A stretch of DNA of 64,000 bases from Candidatus Krumholzibacteriia bacterium (GTDB lineage: Bacteria; Krumholzibacteriota; Krumholzibacteriia; JAJRXK01), in the NCBI GenBank assembly GCA_041484665.1, contig JBGPIA010000021.1, positions 1 through 64,000 of the forward strand, in the 5' to 3' direction. Positions 37,589 through 49,821 of the stretch are shown piece after piece (position 1 is the stretch's first letter; the number at the start of each line of letters is the position of its first letter). The notes under the pieces were generated by a model, which did no database searches, was not told the DNA's origin, and was given only the letters and a program-made list of their open reading frames with translations. The translations under genes and the position numbers were made by a program.

Positions 37589-39051
37589 GCTGGTCAGAGC
37601 TTCCGTCCATCGCTCCCATGCTCTGGCTGACGGTGGGCGGGTGCGTACTGCTCCTGGTCGACGCCTTCGTGGAGCGTGAGCGCAAGGGGCACCTGGCGGT
37701 GCTTGCTGGGATCTTCCTGTCGATCGCGGCGCTGTCCGCCCGCGATCAGTTCGGGGATCACGGCGGCTCGCTGCTCTCGGGGGCGCTCAACGCTGATGCC
37801 TTTGGCTCCTATTTCCATCTCACGTTCATCCTGATCGCGCTGCTCACGGTCGCGCTGGGCGCCGTCTACTTCCGACGCGAGGAGCGGGAGACCGCCGAGT
37901 TCTATCCCCTGGTGCTGTTCGCCACCGTGGGAATGATGATCATGGCCAGCGCCACCGACATGATCTCGATCTTCATCGGGCTGGAGCTCATGTCTGTCGC
38001 GATCTACGTTCTGGTGGCCAGCCAGCGCCACTCGCTCTTCAGCGTTGAGGCCGGTTTCAAGTATCTGCTGCTGGGGGCGTTCTCCTCGGCGTTCCTGCTA
38101 TACGGCTTGGCCCTGCTCTACGGTGCGATGGGCACCACGAGCTTCACCGCCATGGCGCAGCAGGTGCGCCAGGGAGCGGAGGTGACCGCCAAGCCCTTCT
38201 TCTGGATGGGCTGGGGGCTGGTGCTGGTGGGCCTGGGCTTCAAGATCGCGATGGTCCCGTTCCACATGTGGACGCCCGACGTCTACGAAGGAGCGCCCGC
38301 GCCGGTGGCGGGCTTCATGGCGGCGGGCGTGAAAGCCGCCGCGTTCGCCGCGCTGCTGCGCGTGGCGTGGGTGGGGCTTCCCGCCATGGCGCCAACCTGG
38401 ACGGCGCTCTTGTCCGGGGCCGCTGTGGTGACCATGACCTTCGGCAATCTCGTGGCCATCGCCCAGTCGAGCCTCAAGCGCATGCTCGCCTACAGTGCCA
38501 TCGCTCACTCGGGATACCTGCTGGTCGGCGTGATCTCCGTGGGCGGGCAACCGTCCGATCCCGCCACGCGCGGCGTGCTGTTCTACCTGGCGACGTATGC
38601 GATCATGAATGTCGGAGCCTTCGCGATCGTGACATTGGTCAGCCGGCGCGGAGAGGAGCTCACCCAGCTGGCCGGCTATGCCGGGCTCGCCCGGCGCAGC
38701 CCGCTGGCCGCGGTCGCGCTGACGGTTTGCATGTTGAGCCTGGCCGGCGTCCCGCCCACGGCGGGCTTCTGGGGCAAGTTCTACGTGTTCGAGGCAGCGG
38801 TGCGCGCGGGGCGCGTGCCTCTGGCGGTGATCGCCGTGCTCAACAGCGTCGTCGCCGCGTACTACTACCTGCGCGTCGTGGTGCAGCTCTTCATGCGCGA
38901 ACCTGGCGAGGAGGCCTATGCCGGCTCGGATGTGCAGGCCAGCGTGGTGCTCACGGCCGCCGCGGTGCTGCTGCTGTGGATCGGCCTTTTCCCCGCGCCG
39001 GTGGCTGAACTGGCGCTGCGCGGTGCGCAGGCTCTGGCCGCCTCCTTCTAG
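37585..39051 (+). CDS. nuoN: NADH-quinone oxidoreductase subunit N
   Basis: EAGFKY, FKIAMVPFHMWTPDVYEGAP, KRMLAYSAIAH, SLAGVPP; ATGA overlap with nuoM. Confidence 0.96.
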   Translation: MSWSELPSIAPMLWLTVGGCVLLLVDAFVERERKGHLAVLAGIFLSIAALSARDQFGDHGGSLLSGALNADAFGSYFHLTFILIALLTVALGAVYFRREERETAEFYPLVLFATVGMMIMASATDMISIFIGLELMSVAIYVLVASQRHSLFSVEAGFKYLLLGAFSSAFLLYGLALLYGAMGTTSFTAMAQQVRQGAEVTAKPFFWMGWGLVLVGLGFKIAMVPFHMWTPDVYEGAPAPVAGFMAAGVKAAAFAALLRVAWVGLPAMAPTWTALLSGAAVVTMTFGNLVAIAQSSLKRMLAYSAIAHSGYLLVGVISVGGQPSDPATRGVLFYLATYAIMNVGAFAIVTLVSRRGEELTQLAGYAGLARRSPLAAVALTVCMLSLAGVPPTAGFWGKFYVFEAAVRAGRVPLAVIAVLNSVVAAYYYLRVVVQLFMREPGEEAYAGSDVQASVVLTAAAVLLLWIGLFPAPVAELALRGAQALAASF

Positions 39052-39078
39052 CTGGGCGAAGTCGAAGGCCGCCTGAGC

Positions 39079-41100
39079 ATGGGCGCGCACCCAACCCCCC
39101 GTCGCATCCGCACCGCAGGCGGCCTGGTCGTGCTGCCGGTGATTGCGCTGACCGGCGCGGCTGTGGGTCTCGCCGAATGGGGCTACCACACGCTGGGGCC
39201 GCTGCCCGCGGCAGGGGAGCCGGGGGCGGGCGGTCCGAGCCTGATGGGGTTCCTGGGATTGGGGATCACCGAGATCGCCGTGCCTGCGCTGCTCGTGGCG
39301 CTGCTCACCCTGGGCGCCTGGCGCTGGCTGGCCGTGGGCGCCACCTGGTTGGCGGCGTTGCTGCCATCGGCGGTGGTCGCGCTGGCCCACCTGGCCTTCC
39401 AACGCCGCTGGACCTGGTTCGCGCCCGAGGATCTCCACGAGCACTACCTCAAGCTCTTCGGCCTCGCCGGCGCCGGCGCGCTGCTGGGCGCGTTCTGCGG
39501 CGCTCTGGTCAGCTACCGGCTGCTCGGCCGCAGCGCCCGCGCGCAGTCGCGGGGGTGGAGCCTGGCAATTGCATGCGCGGGCACCGTGCTGACGCTGGCC
39601 GGCCCCTGGCTGCTTTGGACGTCCCTGCGGCGGCCTGCGCCGGCGCCCGCCAGCGCGCCGGGAGCGCTGCCCGACGTCCTGTTGCTCACCGTCGACACGC
39701 TGCGACGCGACGCCGTGGGCGCCTACGGCGGTCCGGCGACTCCCGCCATGGACGCGCTGCTGGCGTCGGGCGTGCGCGCTGCGGGCTACAGCCCGGCACC
39801 GTGGACGCGGCCGGCGATGGCGGCGCTGTTCTGCGGGCTGGCCACGACGGGCAACGGAGCTGCGCGGATGCACGGCGTCAACCCGCAGGCCGACTGGTGG
39901 CCGGAGCACCTCCAGCAGGCGGGCTACGCCACCGCGGCGTTCATCTGCAACCCGCACCTCAAGCCCCAGTCCGGCTTCCGGCGCGGATTCTCCACCTTCG
40001 ATCACGCGGGCGAGCTCGAGCTGCTCGATCCCATCGCGCAATCGGTGTGGGCGCGCTGGTTGACGCGCCAGGTTGTGGAGCGCCTCGAGCTCGACCGCGG
40101 CGACCAGATCGCCGGGCGCGCGATTCGCTGGCTCAAGCGCAAGCCGGCGGGGCCCTGGCTCTTGTGGGTGCACCTGGCCGACCCGCACATGCCATATTTC
40201 TTGCGCGGGCCGCACGGCGAGATGTCCGACCCGCAGCCCGGCGCGTGGCTCGATCCGCTGCGGCCCGATCTGGAGCGGGGCGCATTCCGGGCCGTGCAGC
40301 GCGCCCGGCGCGGCGAGGCCGCCGCCTCGCCGCAGGCGCGCGCGGCGGTACGCATGCTCTACGAGCGGGAGGTGCTCTTCGCCGACCGCCAGGTGGGCCG
40401 GCTGGTCGAGGCTGCGCGTGCGGCTTCCGCTGAGCGTGGGCTCGTTTGGGTGCTGACCAGCGATCACGGCGAGGAGTTCTGGGAGCACGGCGGCTTCGAG
40501 CACGGGCACGCGCTGCACGACGAGATCCTGCAGGTGCCGTTCGGTGTGGGCGGGCCCGGCCTGCCCGCCGGCGGCTGGATCGGGGGAATGAAACTCCAGG
40601 ATATCGGGCCCACGCTGCTGGCGCTGCTCGCATTGCCACCTATGGACGTACGCCAGGGCAGCCGGCTCAGGGCCCCCGACGATCTGCTCGCGCCCATGGC
40701 CCTGGGGGCCGATCGCTCCGCGGAGCTGCGCGGTGCCGGCCCTGTGGCCCCCCGGTGCGCACCTCCGCCGCTGCTCGCCGAGGGCATGCTCTACGGACCG
40801 CCGCAGACTCGCCTGATCTTCCCCGGCGGGCTGAGCGTGACGCGCGCCGACAGCACGGGTCATGCCTGGGCGGAAGACGACTGCGACCCGAGCGTGCCCT
40901 CGGCGGAGGGTGAGGTCTGGTTCGCCGCGTCGGTGGGCCCGTCCGTCTCCCCCCAGCTCGCCGCGCTGCTGCCGCCCGACCGCATGCGCGTCTTCGAGCA
41001 GTTGTGGGCCTGGCGCGACGCCGCGCAGGACCTCGGAGCGCCGGTGCACGTCGACGAGGCGACGCGGGAGCGGCTGCGGGCGCTGGGCTACACCGAGTGA
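39079..41100 (+). CDS. Membrane-anchored sulfatase-like (alkaline phosphatase superfamily) protein
   Basis: About 5 N-terminal TM helices; LLLTVDTLRRD, APWTRPA, DPHMPY, TSDHGEEF.EHG...HG, C-terminal LRALGY. Confidence 0.85.
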   Translation: MGAHPTPRRIRTAGGLVVLPVIALTGAAVGLAEWGYHTLGPLPAAGEPGAGGPSLMGFLGLGITEIAVPALLVALLTLGAWRWLAVGATWLAALLPSAVVALAHLAFQRRWTWFAPEDLHEHYLKLFGLAGAGALLGAFCGALVSYRLLGRSARAQSRGWSLAIACAGTVLTLAGPWLLWTSLRRPAPAPASAPGALPDVLLLTVDTLRRDAVGAYGGPATPAMDALLASGVRAAGYSPAPWTRPAMAALFCGLATTGNGAARMHGVNPQADWWPEHLQQAGYATAAFICNPHLKPQSGFRRGFSTFDHAGELELLDPIAQSVWARWLTRQVVERLELDRGDQIAGRAIRWLKRKPAGPWLLWVHLADPHMPYFLRGPHGEMSDPQPGAWLDPLRPDLERGAFRAVQRARRGEAAASPQARAAVRMLYEREVLFADRQVGRLVEAARAASAERGLVWVLTSDHGEEFWEHGGFEHGHALHDEILQVPFGVGGPGLPAGGWIGGMKLQDIGPTLLALLALPPMDVRQGSRLRAPDDLLAPMALGADRSAELRGAGPVAPRCAPPPLLAEGMLYGPPQTRLIFPGGLSVTRADSTGHAWAEDDCDPSVPSAEGEVWFAASVGPSVSPQLAALLPPDRMRVFEQLWAWRDAAQDLGAPVHVDEATRERLRALGYTE

Positions 41101-41230
41101 CCGCTGCGCGACACAGAGGGCCTTGAGCTCCGCGCCGGCCCGCGGCCGATGCCGGCCGATGCGTTGCGCCCACCCAGGGCCGGCGCCGCAGAATGCGTTG
41201 CGCCGGCGATCGCCGAGGGTGGCGTACGGC

Positions 41231-41259
41231 TTGCCAGCTCGCGGCGTGGTTCCTATGGT
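41231..41259 (+). promoter_or_regulatory. Sigma70-type promoter of AMMECR1 operon
   Basis: TTGCCA - 17 nt - TATGGT, 6 nt before in-frame GTG 41266. Confidence 0.6.
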
Positions 41260-41265
41260 GACGAT

Positions 41266-41874
41266 GTGATGAGTGCCGACGCGGAGCGAGCTCCGCAGCC
41301 CCTGTCCCCCGAGACGCTCGCCGCCCTGCTGCGTCTGGCGGCGCATGCCGTGCGCGCGGCCGTGCTGGGGCAGCCGCTTCCCCGGGACGCCGAAGCCGCC
41401 ATTGGCCCGGCGTTGGGGGGTGGGGCATTCGTGACGCTGCATCGCGCCGGTCAGCTCGCTGGCTGCGTGGGGTACGTGAGCGCGCCTCCCCCCTTGTCCG
41501 CCACCGTGGTGCGCGCCGCCCGCGCGGCGGCGCTGGACGATCCCCGTTTCGATCCGGTCGCACCCCAGGCGCTCGCGGAGCTACACGTCGAGATCTCGGT
41601 CTTGAGCGATCCTGCGCCCATCGACCCCGCCGCCGTGATCCCCGGTGTCCATGGACTGATGCTTGAGCACCAGGGACGTCGGGGGCTGCTCCTGCCGCAG
41701 GTGGCCACCGAGCACCACCTGGGCCGCGAGGCGTTTCTGCGCGCGTTGTGCGACAAGGCTGGCGTCTCGCGCGAAGCGTGGCGGGACGCCGGCGCGACGC
41801 TGCTGGCATTCTCCGCGCAGGTCAAAGGCGCTCCTCTGCGCGAGCTCACCCTGGGCGAGCGGGGCCGCGGATGA
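41266..41874 (+). CDS. AMMECR1-domain protein (AmmeMemoRadiSam protein A-like)
   Basis: GAFVTL, GQLAGCVG, AA..DPRF, EISVLS, GLLLPQVA.E, C.KAG. Confidence 0.9.
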   Translation: MMSADAERAPQPLSPETLAALLRLAAHAVRAAVLGQPLPRDAEAAIGPALGGGAFVTLHRAGQLAGCVGYVSAPPPLSATVVRAARAAALDDPRFDPVAPQALAELHVEISVLSDPAPIDPAAVIPGVHGLMLEHQGRRGLLLPQVATEHHLGREAFLRALCDKAGVSREAWRDAGATLLAFSAQVKGAPLRELTLGERGRG

Positions 41875-42773
41875 GCCACCCGGATCCCGCCAACGAGGAG
41901 CGGGCGTTCCTGCGCGACCTAGCCTTGCGCGTCGGGGCCATGATGTTGGCGGCGGCCGAGCGCACCGATCAGCGCCTAGTCCAGCACAAGGCCGGCGAAT
42001 GGGACCTGGTCACCGACACCGACCGCCGCCTCGAGGAGATGGTGTTCGGCGAGCTGGTGCGCCGCTTCCCGGGGGACGGAGTGGTCGCCGAAGAGGGCGC
42101 GCGGCGGGATGGGGCAGGGCAGGGGGAGGGGGGTGTCTGGTACATCGATCCCCTGGATGGCACCACGAACTTCGTGCACGGGTATCCCTTCTATGCCGTT
42201 TCCATCGGTCGCTGGGTGCAGGGAGCCCCGCAGTTGGCCGCCGTCTACGCCCCGGCGTTGGACGAGCTCTACCTCGCCCAACGCGGCCAGGGCGCTTTCC
42301 TGGAACGCCCGCAGCGAGGCGCGCCGCCGCTCGCGCTGCATGCGTCGGCGTGCGTGCGGCTGCAGGACGCGTTGCTTGCCACCGGCTTTCCCTACGTGCG
42401 CGGCAGCGCCGCTCGCGTCAATCTCGCCTGCTGTGCCCACGCCCTCGCGCAGACGCGTGGCCTGCGTCGCGGCGGGGCGGCTTCGCTGGACCTGTGTCAC
42501 GTCGGGGCAGGGCGCCTGGACGGCTTCTGGGAGCTCACGCTCAAGCCGTGGGACGTGGCGGCGGGCGCGCTGGTGGCTCTCGAGGCGGGCGCGCGCGTGA
42601 CCGACTTCACCGGCGGCGGCGCTTACCTCTATGGCGAGCGGCTCTGCGCTGCCGCTCCCGGCGTGCACGGCGCGTTGCTGCAGATGATCGCCGCGGCGCA
42701 CCGGGCGCCCGAGGTCTGGCCGCTGGGCAAACCGCTGGCCGGGAGCTTCCCCCTGACGAAAGAGGAAGGATGA
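41871..42773 (+). CDS. suhB: Inositol monophosphatase family protein
   Basis: DLVTDTD, EE, WYIDPLDGTTNF, TGFPY, DGFWE..LKPWDVAAG. Confidence 0.92.
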   Translation: MSHPDPANEERAFLRDLALRVGAMMLAAAERTDQRLVQHKAGEWDLVTDTDRRLEEMVFGELVRRFPGDGVVAEEGARRDGAGQGEGGVWYIDPLDGTTNFVHGYPFYAVSIGRWVQGAPQLAAVYAPALDELYLAQRGQGAFLERPQRGAPPLALHASACVRLQDALLATGFPYVRGSAARVNLACCAHALAQTRGLRRGGAASLDLCHVGAGRLDGFWELTLKPWDVAAGALVALEAGARVTDFTGGGAYLYGERLCAAAPGVHGALLQMIAAAHRAPEVWPLGKPLAGSFPLTKEEG

Positions 42774-43195
42774 CGAGCCCCAAGCACGGTGCGGGCAGCC
42801 ACGGCAGCCCCCCGGCAGGTGCGCGCAAGCGCGCCGCCACCCGCCCGCGCGCCCGCGCGCTTGTCCGGCCCGCCGCCATCGTCGTGTTTTGTGCCTGCCC
42901 CGACGCCAAGACGGCCGCGCGGATCGGGCGCACCGTGGTGGAGGAGCGGCTGGCCGGGTGCGCGCAAGTGCTGACGGCGCCGATCCGCTCGATCTACCGC
43001 TGGCAGGGCCGCGTGCAGGACGAGGCGGAAACGCTCCTGCTGGTCAAGGCGCAGGCTGCGGCCTGGTCGCGACTGCGCGAACGGATCGCCAGCCTGCACC
43101 CCTACGCGGTCCCGGAAATCCTGGCGTGCGCTGCCAACGGCAACGAGCCCTACCTGCGCTGGCTGGCGCAGTCGCGGCGGGAATCCACACGGTGA
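42770..43195 (+). CDS. cutA: Divalent-cation tolerance protein CutA
   Basis: VEERLAGC, SIYRWQG....E, HPYAVPEI, YLRW; N-terminal low-complexity extension. Confidence 0.88.
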   Translation: MTSPKHGAGSHGSPPAGARKRAATRPRARALVRPAAIVVFCACPDAKTAARIGRTVVEERLAGCAQVLTAPIRSIYRWQGRVQDEAETLLLVKAQAAAWSRLRERIASLHPYAVPEILACAANGNEPYLRWLAQSRRESTR

Positions 43196-44240
43196 GTCCG
43201 CGGCCCGGGGACCCTACGCGCCGCCCCCGCGCCGGCCGTGCCACGACTCCCGCCCGCTCTAAGGCCGAGGACGACGCCCACGCGCCCGCGCGGCGCGACG
43301 GTCCCGTGATTACGCTGCTCACCGATTTCGGCGTCCAGGATTGGTACGTCGGCGCGATGAAGGCGGTGCTCGCCCGCATGGCTCCTCGGGCGCGGATCGT
43401 GGACCTCTGCCACGGCGTGCCGCCGTTCGAGATCCCCGGTGCCGCATTCGTGCTCCACCAGAACTACCAGCTCTTTCCCCAAGGTAGCGTGCACGTTGCG
43501 GTCGTGGACCCCGGCGTGGGTGGGGAGCGCCGGGCTATCGCCCTGCGCGCGCAGGGGCACGCCTTCGTCGGACCAGACAATAGTCTGCTTACCGGAGCAC
43601 TCTGGGGGGGCGGCCCGCCCGACGGAGAAGCTGCGGCGAAGGCGCCTGGGCAGGGTGCGCGCGTGCCGGGCGGCGCCCGCCGCGGCATGCCATCGCGGGC
43701 GCGAGGGAATGGAGAGCCCCCCGAGGCCTGGGAAGCGGTGGAGCTGGATCCGGCACGCCTGGCGCTGCGGGAGCGCTCGGGACGCTCGCCAGCGCGACGT
43801 TCCACGGCCGCGACGTCTTCGCCCCGGCCGCCGCGGCGCTCGCGCGAGGAGAGCCGCTGCGCCGGCTCGGGACGCCCGTCGAGCAGCTCGCCCCTGCCGC
43901 TCCCTGGTGGCGCCGCGAGGGGGAAATCCTGCGCGCTCGGATCCTGTGGATCGACCGCTTCGGCAACCTCATCACCGGCGTACCCGGTCACGCCGTGGAG
44001 CAGCTCGCGGCTGCGTCCGGCGCCGGACCGGCGGACCTGCAGGTGGAGGCCGGGCGCCTACGGACCGCGGGTCTGCGCAGCACTTTTTCCGACGCAGCGC
44101 CCAAGATGCCGGTGGCATACCTGGGAAGCTGCGCTACTCTGGAGGTCGCTGTGCGTGAGGGGAATGCCGCGCAGCAGGCGCAACTGGCCGTAGGGGACGA
44201 GATCGAGATCCGCCCTGGGCCGCAGGGAGGCACACCGTGA
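43192..44240 (+). CDS. SAM hydrolase / SAM-dependent halogenase family (DUF62), 1-nt frameshift near 43780
   Basis: ITLLTDFG..D.YVGAMK, VVDPGVG..RR, GPDN in one frame; SATFHGRDVFAP, IDRFGNLIT, LEVAVREGNA in another. Confidence 0.88.
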
Positions 44241-44986
44241 AGCTGATCATGCTGGGGACGGGCACCGTGGTCCCGGAGGCGCACAAGGCCTCGGCCGGGG
44301 TGGCCATCGAGCACGACGGGGAGGTCTACCAGTTCGACCTGGGGCGGGGCGTGCTCAACCGCATCGCCGAGGCGGGGCTGGACCCCCTGCAGCTGCGCTA
44401 CCTGCACTTCACGCACCTGCACCCCGACCATTCCTGCGACCTGGTGCCGTTCCTGTTCGCTCTCAACTACGCGCCGGGGGCTGCGCGCACGGAGCCCCTG
44501 CACGTCACAGCGCCGCAAGGCTTCCAGGAGTTCTACGAGCACCTGCGCCGCGCCTGGCGCTGGATCGTGCCGGAGTTCCCGCTGCACGTGCGCGAGGCAG
44601 AGGAAGGCGTGTTCCAGGAGGGCGCTGCGACCATCCGCACGGCCTTCATGAGCCACGGCGCCATGGCGAACCTGGGCTATCGTGTCGAGATCGGCGGCAA
44701 GATCGTCGTCTACACCGGTGACACCGGTCCGGGGGACGCCCTCTTGAGCCTGGCGCGCGGCGCCCATATCTTGGTGTCAGAGTGCTCGTTCCCTGACGCC
44801 AAGGCGCAGGCGGCCCACATGTCTCCCACCTACCTGGGCCAGGTCGCGCAGGCCGCCGACTGCCCGCGGCTGGTCGTCACGCATATGTATCCCGGCACCG
44901 AGCCGGCGGAGGTCGAGGAGGTCCTGCGCCGCCACTACGGCGGAGAGGTCGTGATCGCCCGCGACGGGATGCAGCTGGAGGTCTGA
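44237..44986 (+). CDS. MBL-fold metallo-hydrolase (RNase Z-like)
   Basis: LGTG, D.G.G, THLHPDH, YTGDTG, ECSF, HM, THMYP. Confidence 0.9.
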   Translation: MKLIMLGTGTVVPEAHKASAGVAIEHDGEVYQFDLGRGVLNRIAEAGLDPLQLRYLHFTHLHPDHSCDLVPFLFALNYAPGAARTEPLHVTAPQGFQEFYEHLRRAWRWIVPEFPLHVREAEEGVFQEGAATIRTAFMSHGAMANLGYRVEIGGKIVVYTGDTGPGDALLSLARGAHILVSECSFPDAKAQAAHMSPTYLGQVAQAADCPRLVVTHMYPGTEPAEVEEVLRRHYGGEVVIARDGMQLEV

Positions 44987-45016
44987 GCCTCTCGCTGGGT
45001 CGAAAGCTGCGCGGCG

Positions 45017-45190
45017 GTGCTCTTCCTCGTTGCCAAGGTCGTGCAGTTGATCGGCATGGCCACGGTCGCTTTCGGCCTGTACCTCGGGCTGACCAGCGAT
45101 CAGGCCATGGTGGACGAGCTGCGGCTCTTGCTGTCCGGCGCCCTGATCTTCCTGGCCGGCTGGCTGCTGCAGCGCCGGTCGCAGCGCTGA
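45017..45190 (+). CDS. Small two-helix membrane protein (57 aa), absent from the ORF track
   Basis: MLFLVAKVVQLIGMATVAFGLYLGLTSDQAMVDELRLLLSGALIFLAGWLLQRRSQR*; GC3-rich codons; fills the gap in the operon. Confidence 0.7.
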   Translation: MLFLVAKVVQLIGMATVAFGLYLGLTSDQAMVDELRLLLSGALIFLAGWLLQRRSQR

Positions 45191-45249
45191 ATCCCACCGC
45201 CGGCTCCTCGCGCTACGATGGTGCTGGCGCGTTTGCAGGAGGTTGGCCC

Positions 45250-46032
45250 TTGGCACGACTGCGATTGCTGGCCCCGCTCGCGCTGGGGGCGGTCGGCCTG
45301 CTGGCGGCATGCAACAATTACCGCGTGAGCGTCCTCTATCCCTCGGAGGGCGGCGGCAACATCTTCGTGGAGCGGCCGCAGGCCGCGATCTACGTCGCCG
45401 AGCCCGTCGACGTGCGACCCAGCGCCGACCGGGAGGGGCGGGGCATGATCGTCACCCTGCACTTCCCCTCCGACGACAAGCTGGACGTGCCCGCCACCGG
45501 GATCGTGCGCCGCGCGTTGCTGCAGGACCTGGCGACCACGAAGGTCGCCAAGCTCGTCAGCAATCCGGAGCTGGCCGACTACGTCCTGGACACGCAGCTC
45601 CTGCGCATGACCACCACACAGCGGCGCAGGGGCGGGGCGTTCGCCATCCCCCTGATGGCGGGGGTGGCGCTGGGCACGCTGGGGACTCTCGACGTGAGCG
45701 CGGAGCATGGCTTCAAGCTTGGGATTGCCGGCGCGGTGCTCGGCACGCTGATCCCGGGCCCCAACCTGGTCGGCGGCCTGGTCGAGATGCACCTGGAGCT
45801 CAAGGACCGCGTCACCGGCGAGGTCGTCTGGGAATCGGTCTGCACCGGCAGCTACGAGAAGAGCAAATCCCTGGGCCTCTCGGCGCGGGAGGACAAGAAG
45901 CTCGCCGAGGAGTTCCTGCCCAGAGCGCTGAAGAAGGCCAACGCCTGCGCGATCGGCCAAATCTATCAAGTGCTCCAGCAACGCGCTCAGCCCGCCGCGG
46001 GGGCGACCAGCCAGCCCGCCGCCGGAAGCTGA
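45250..46032 (+). CDS. Hypothetical lipoprotein
   Basis: GGAGG RBS, TTG start, lipobox LLAAC; internal Gly-rich hydrophobic hairpin. Confidence 0.75.
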   Translation: MARLRLLAPLALGAVGLLAACNNYRVSVLYPSEGGGNIFVERPQAAIYVAEPVDVRPSADREGRGMIVTLHFPSDDKLDVPATGIVRRALLQDLATTKVAKLVSNPELADYVLDTQLLRMTTTQRRRGGAFAIPLMAGVALGTLGTLDVSAEHGFKLGIAGAVLGTLIPGPNLVGGLVEMHLELKDRVTGEVVWESVCTGSYEKSKSLGLSAREDKKLAEEFLPRALKKANACAIGQIYQVLQQRAQPAAGATSQPAAGS

Positions 46033-46206
46033 GCGCACGCCGGCTCGGCGCACGTACCGCCGCCGGATGCCGAGCTCATGGCGAATCCGTGCTGCGCCGC
46101 CGCGGGGCGGGCGAATCGCCGGCCGGCCAGGGCCGGCGCGCGACATGCCTGTGGGCCCGCACCGGTGGGCCGCACACAGAACATCAACGACCTGCGAGTC
46201 CAACCG

Positions 46207-49812
<3,606 letters not shown>

Positions 49813-49821
49813 GCGCACCCG

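Noticed and set aside
38098..41442. Long antisense ORFs (e.g. 1114 aa here, 810 aa at 55319, 692 aa at 45100)
   Set aside because: Shadow frames of high-GC genes with no recognisable motifs
43192..44240. Fluorinase/chlorinase
   Set aside because: TFHGRD with the Asp/Arg/His set fits the common SAM hydrolase subgroup, and there is no secondary-metabolite context
46033..46206. SAM, SAH or cobalamin riboswitch before metH
   Set aside because: GC-rich hairpins only; no consensus motifs recognised
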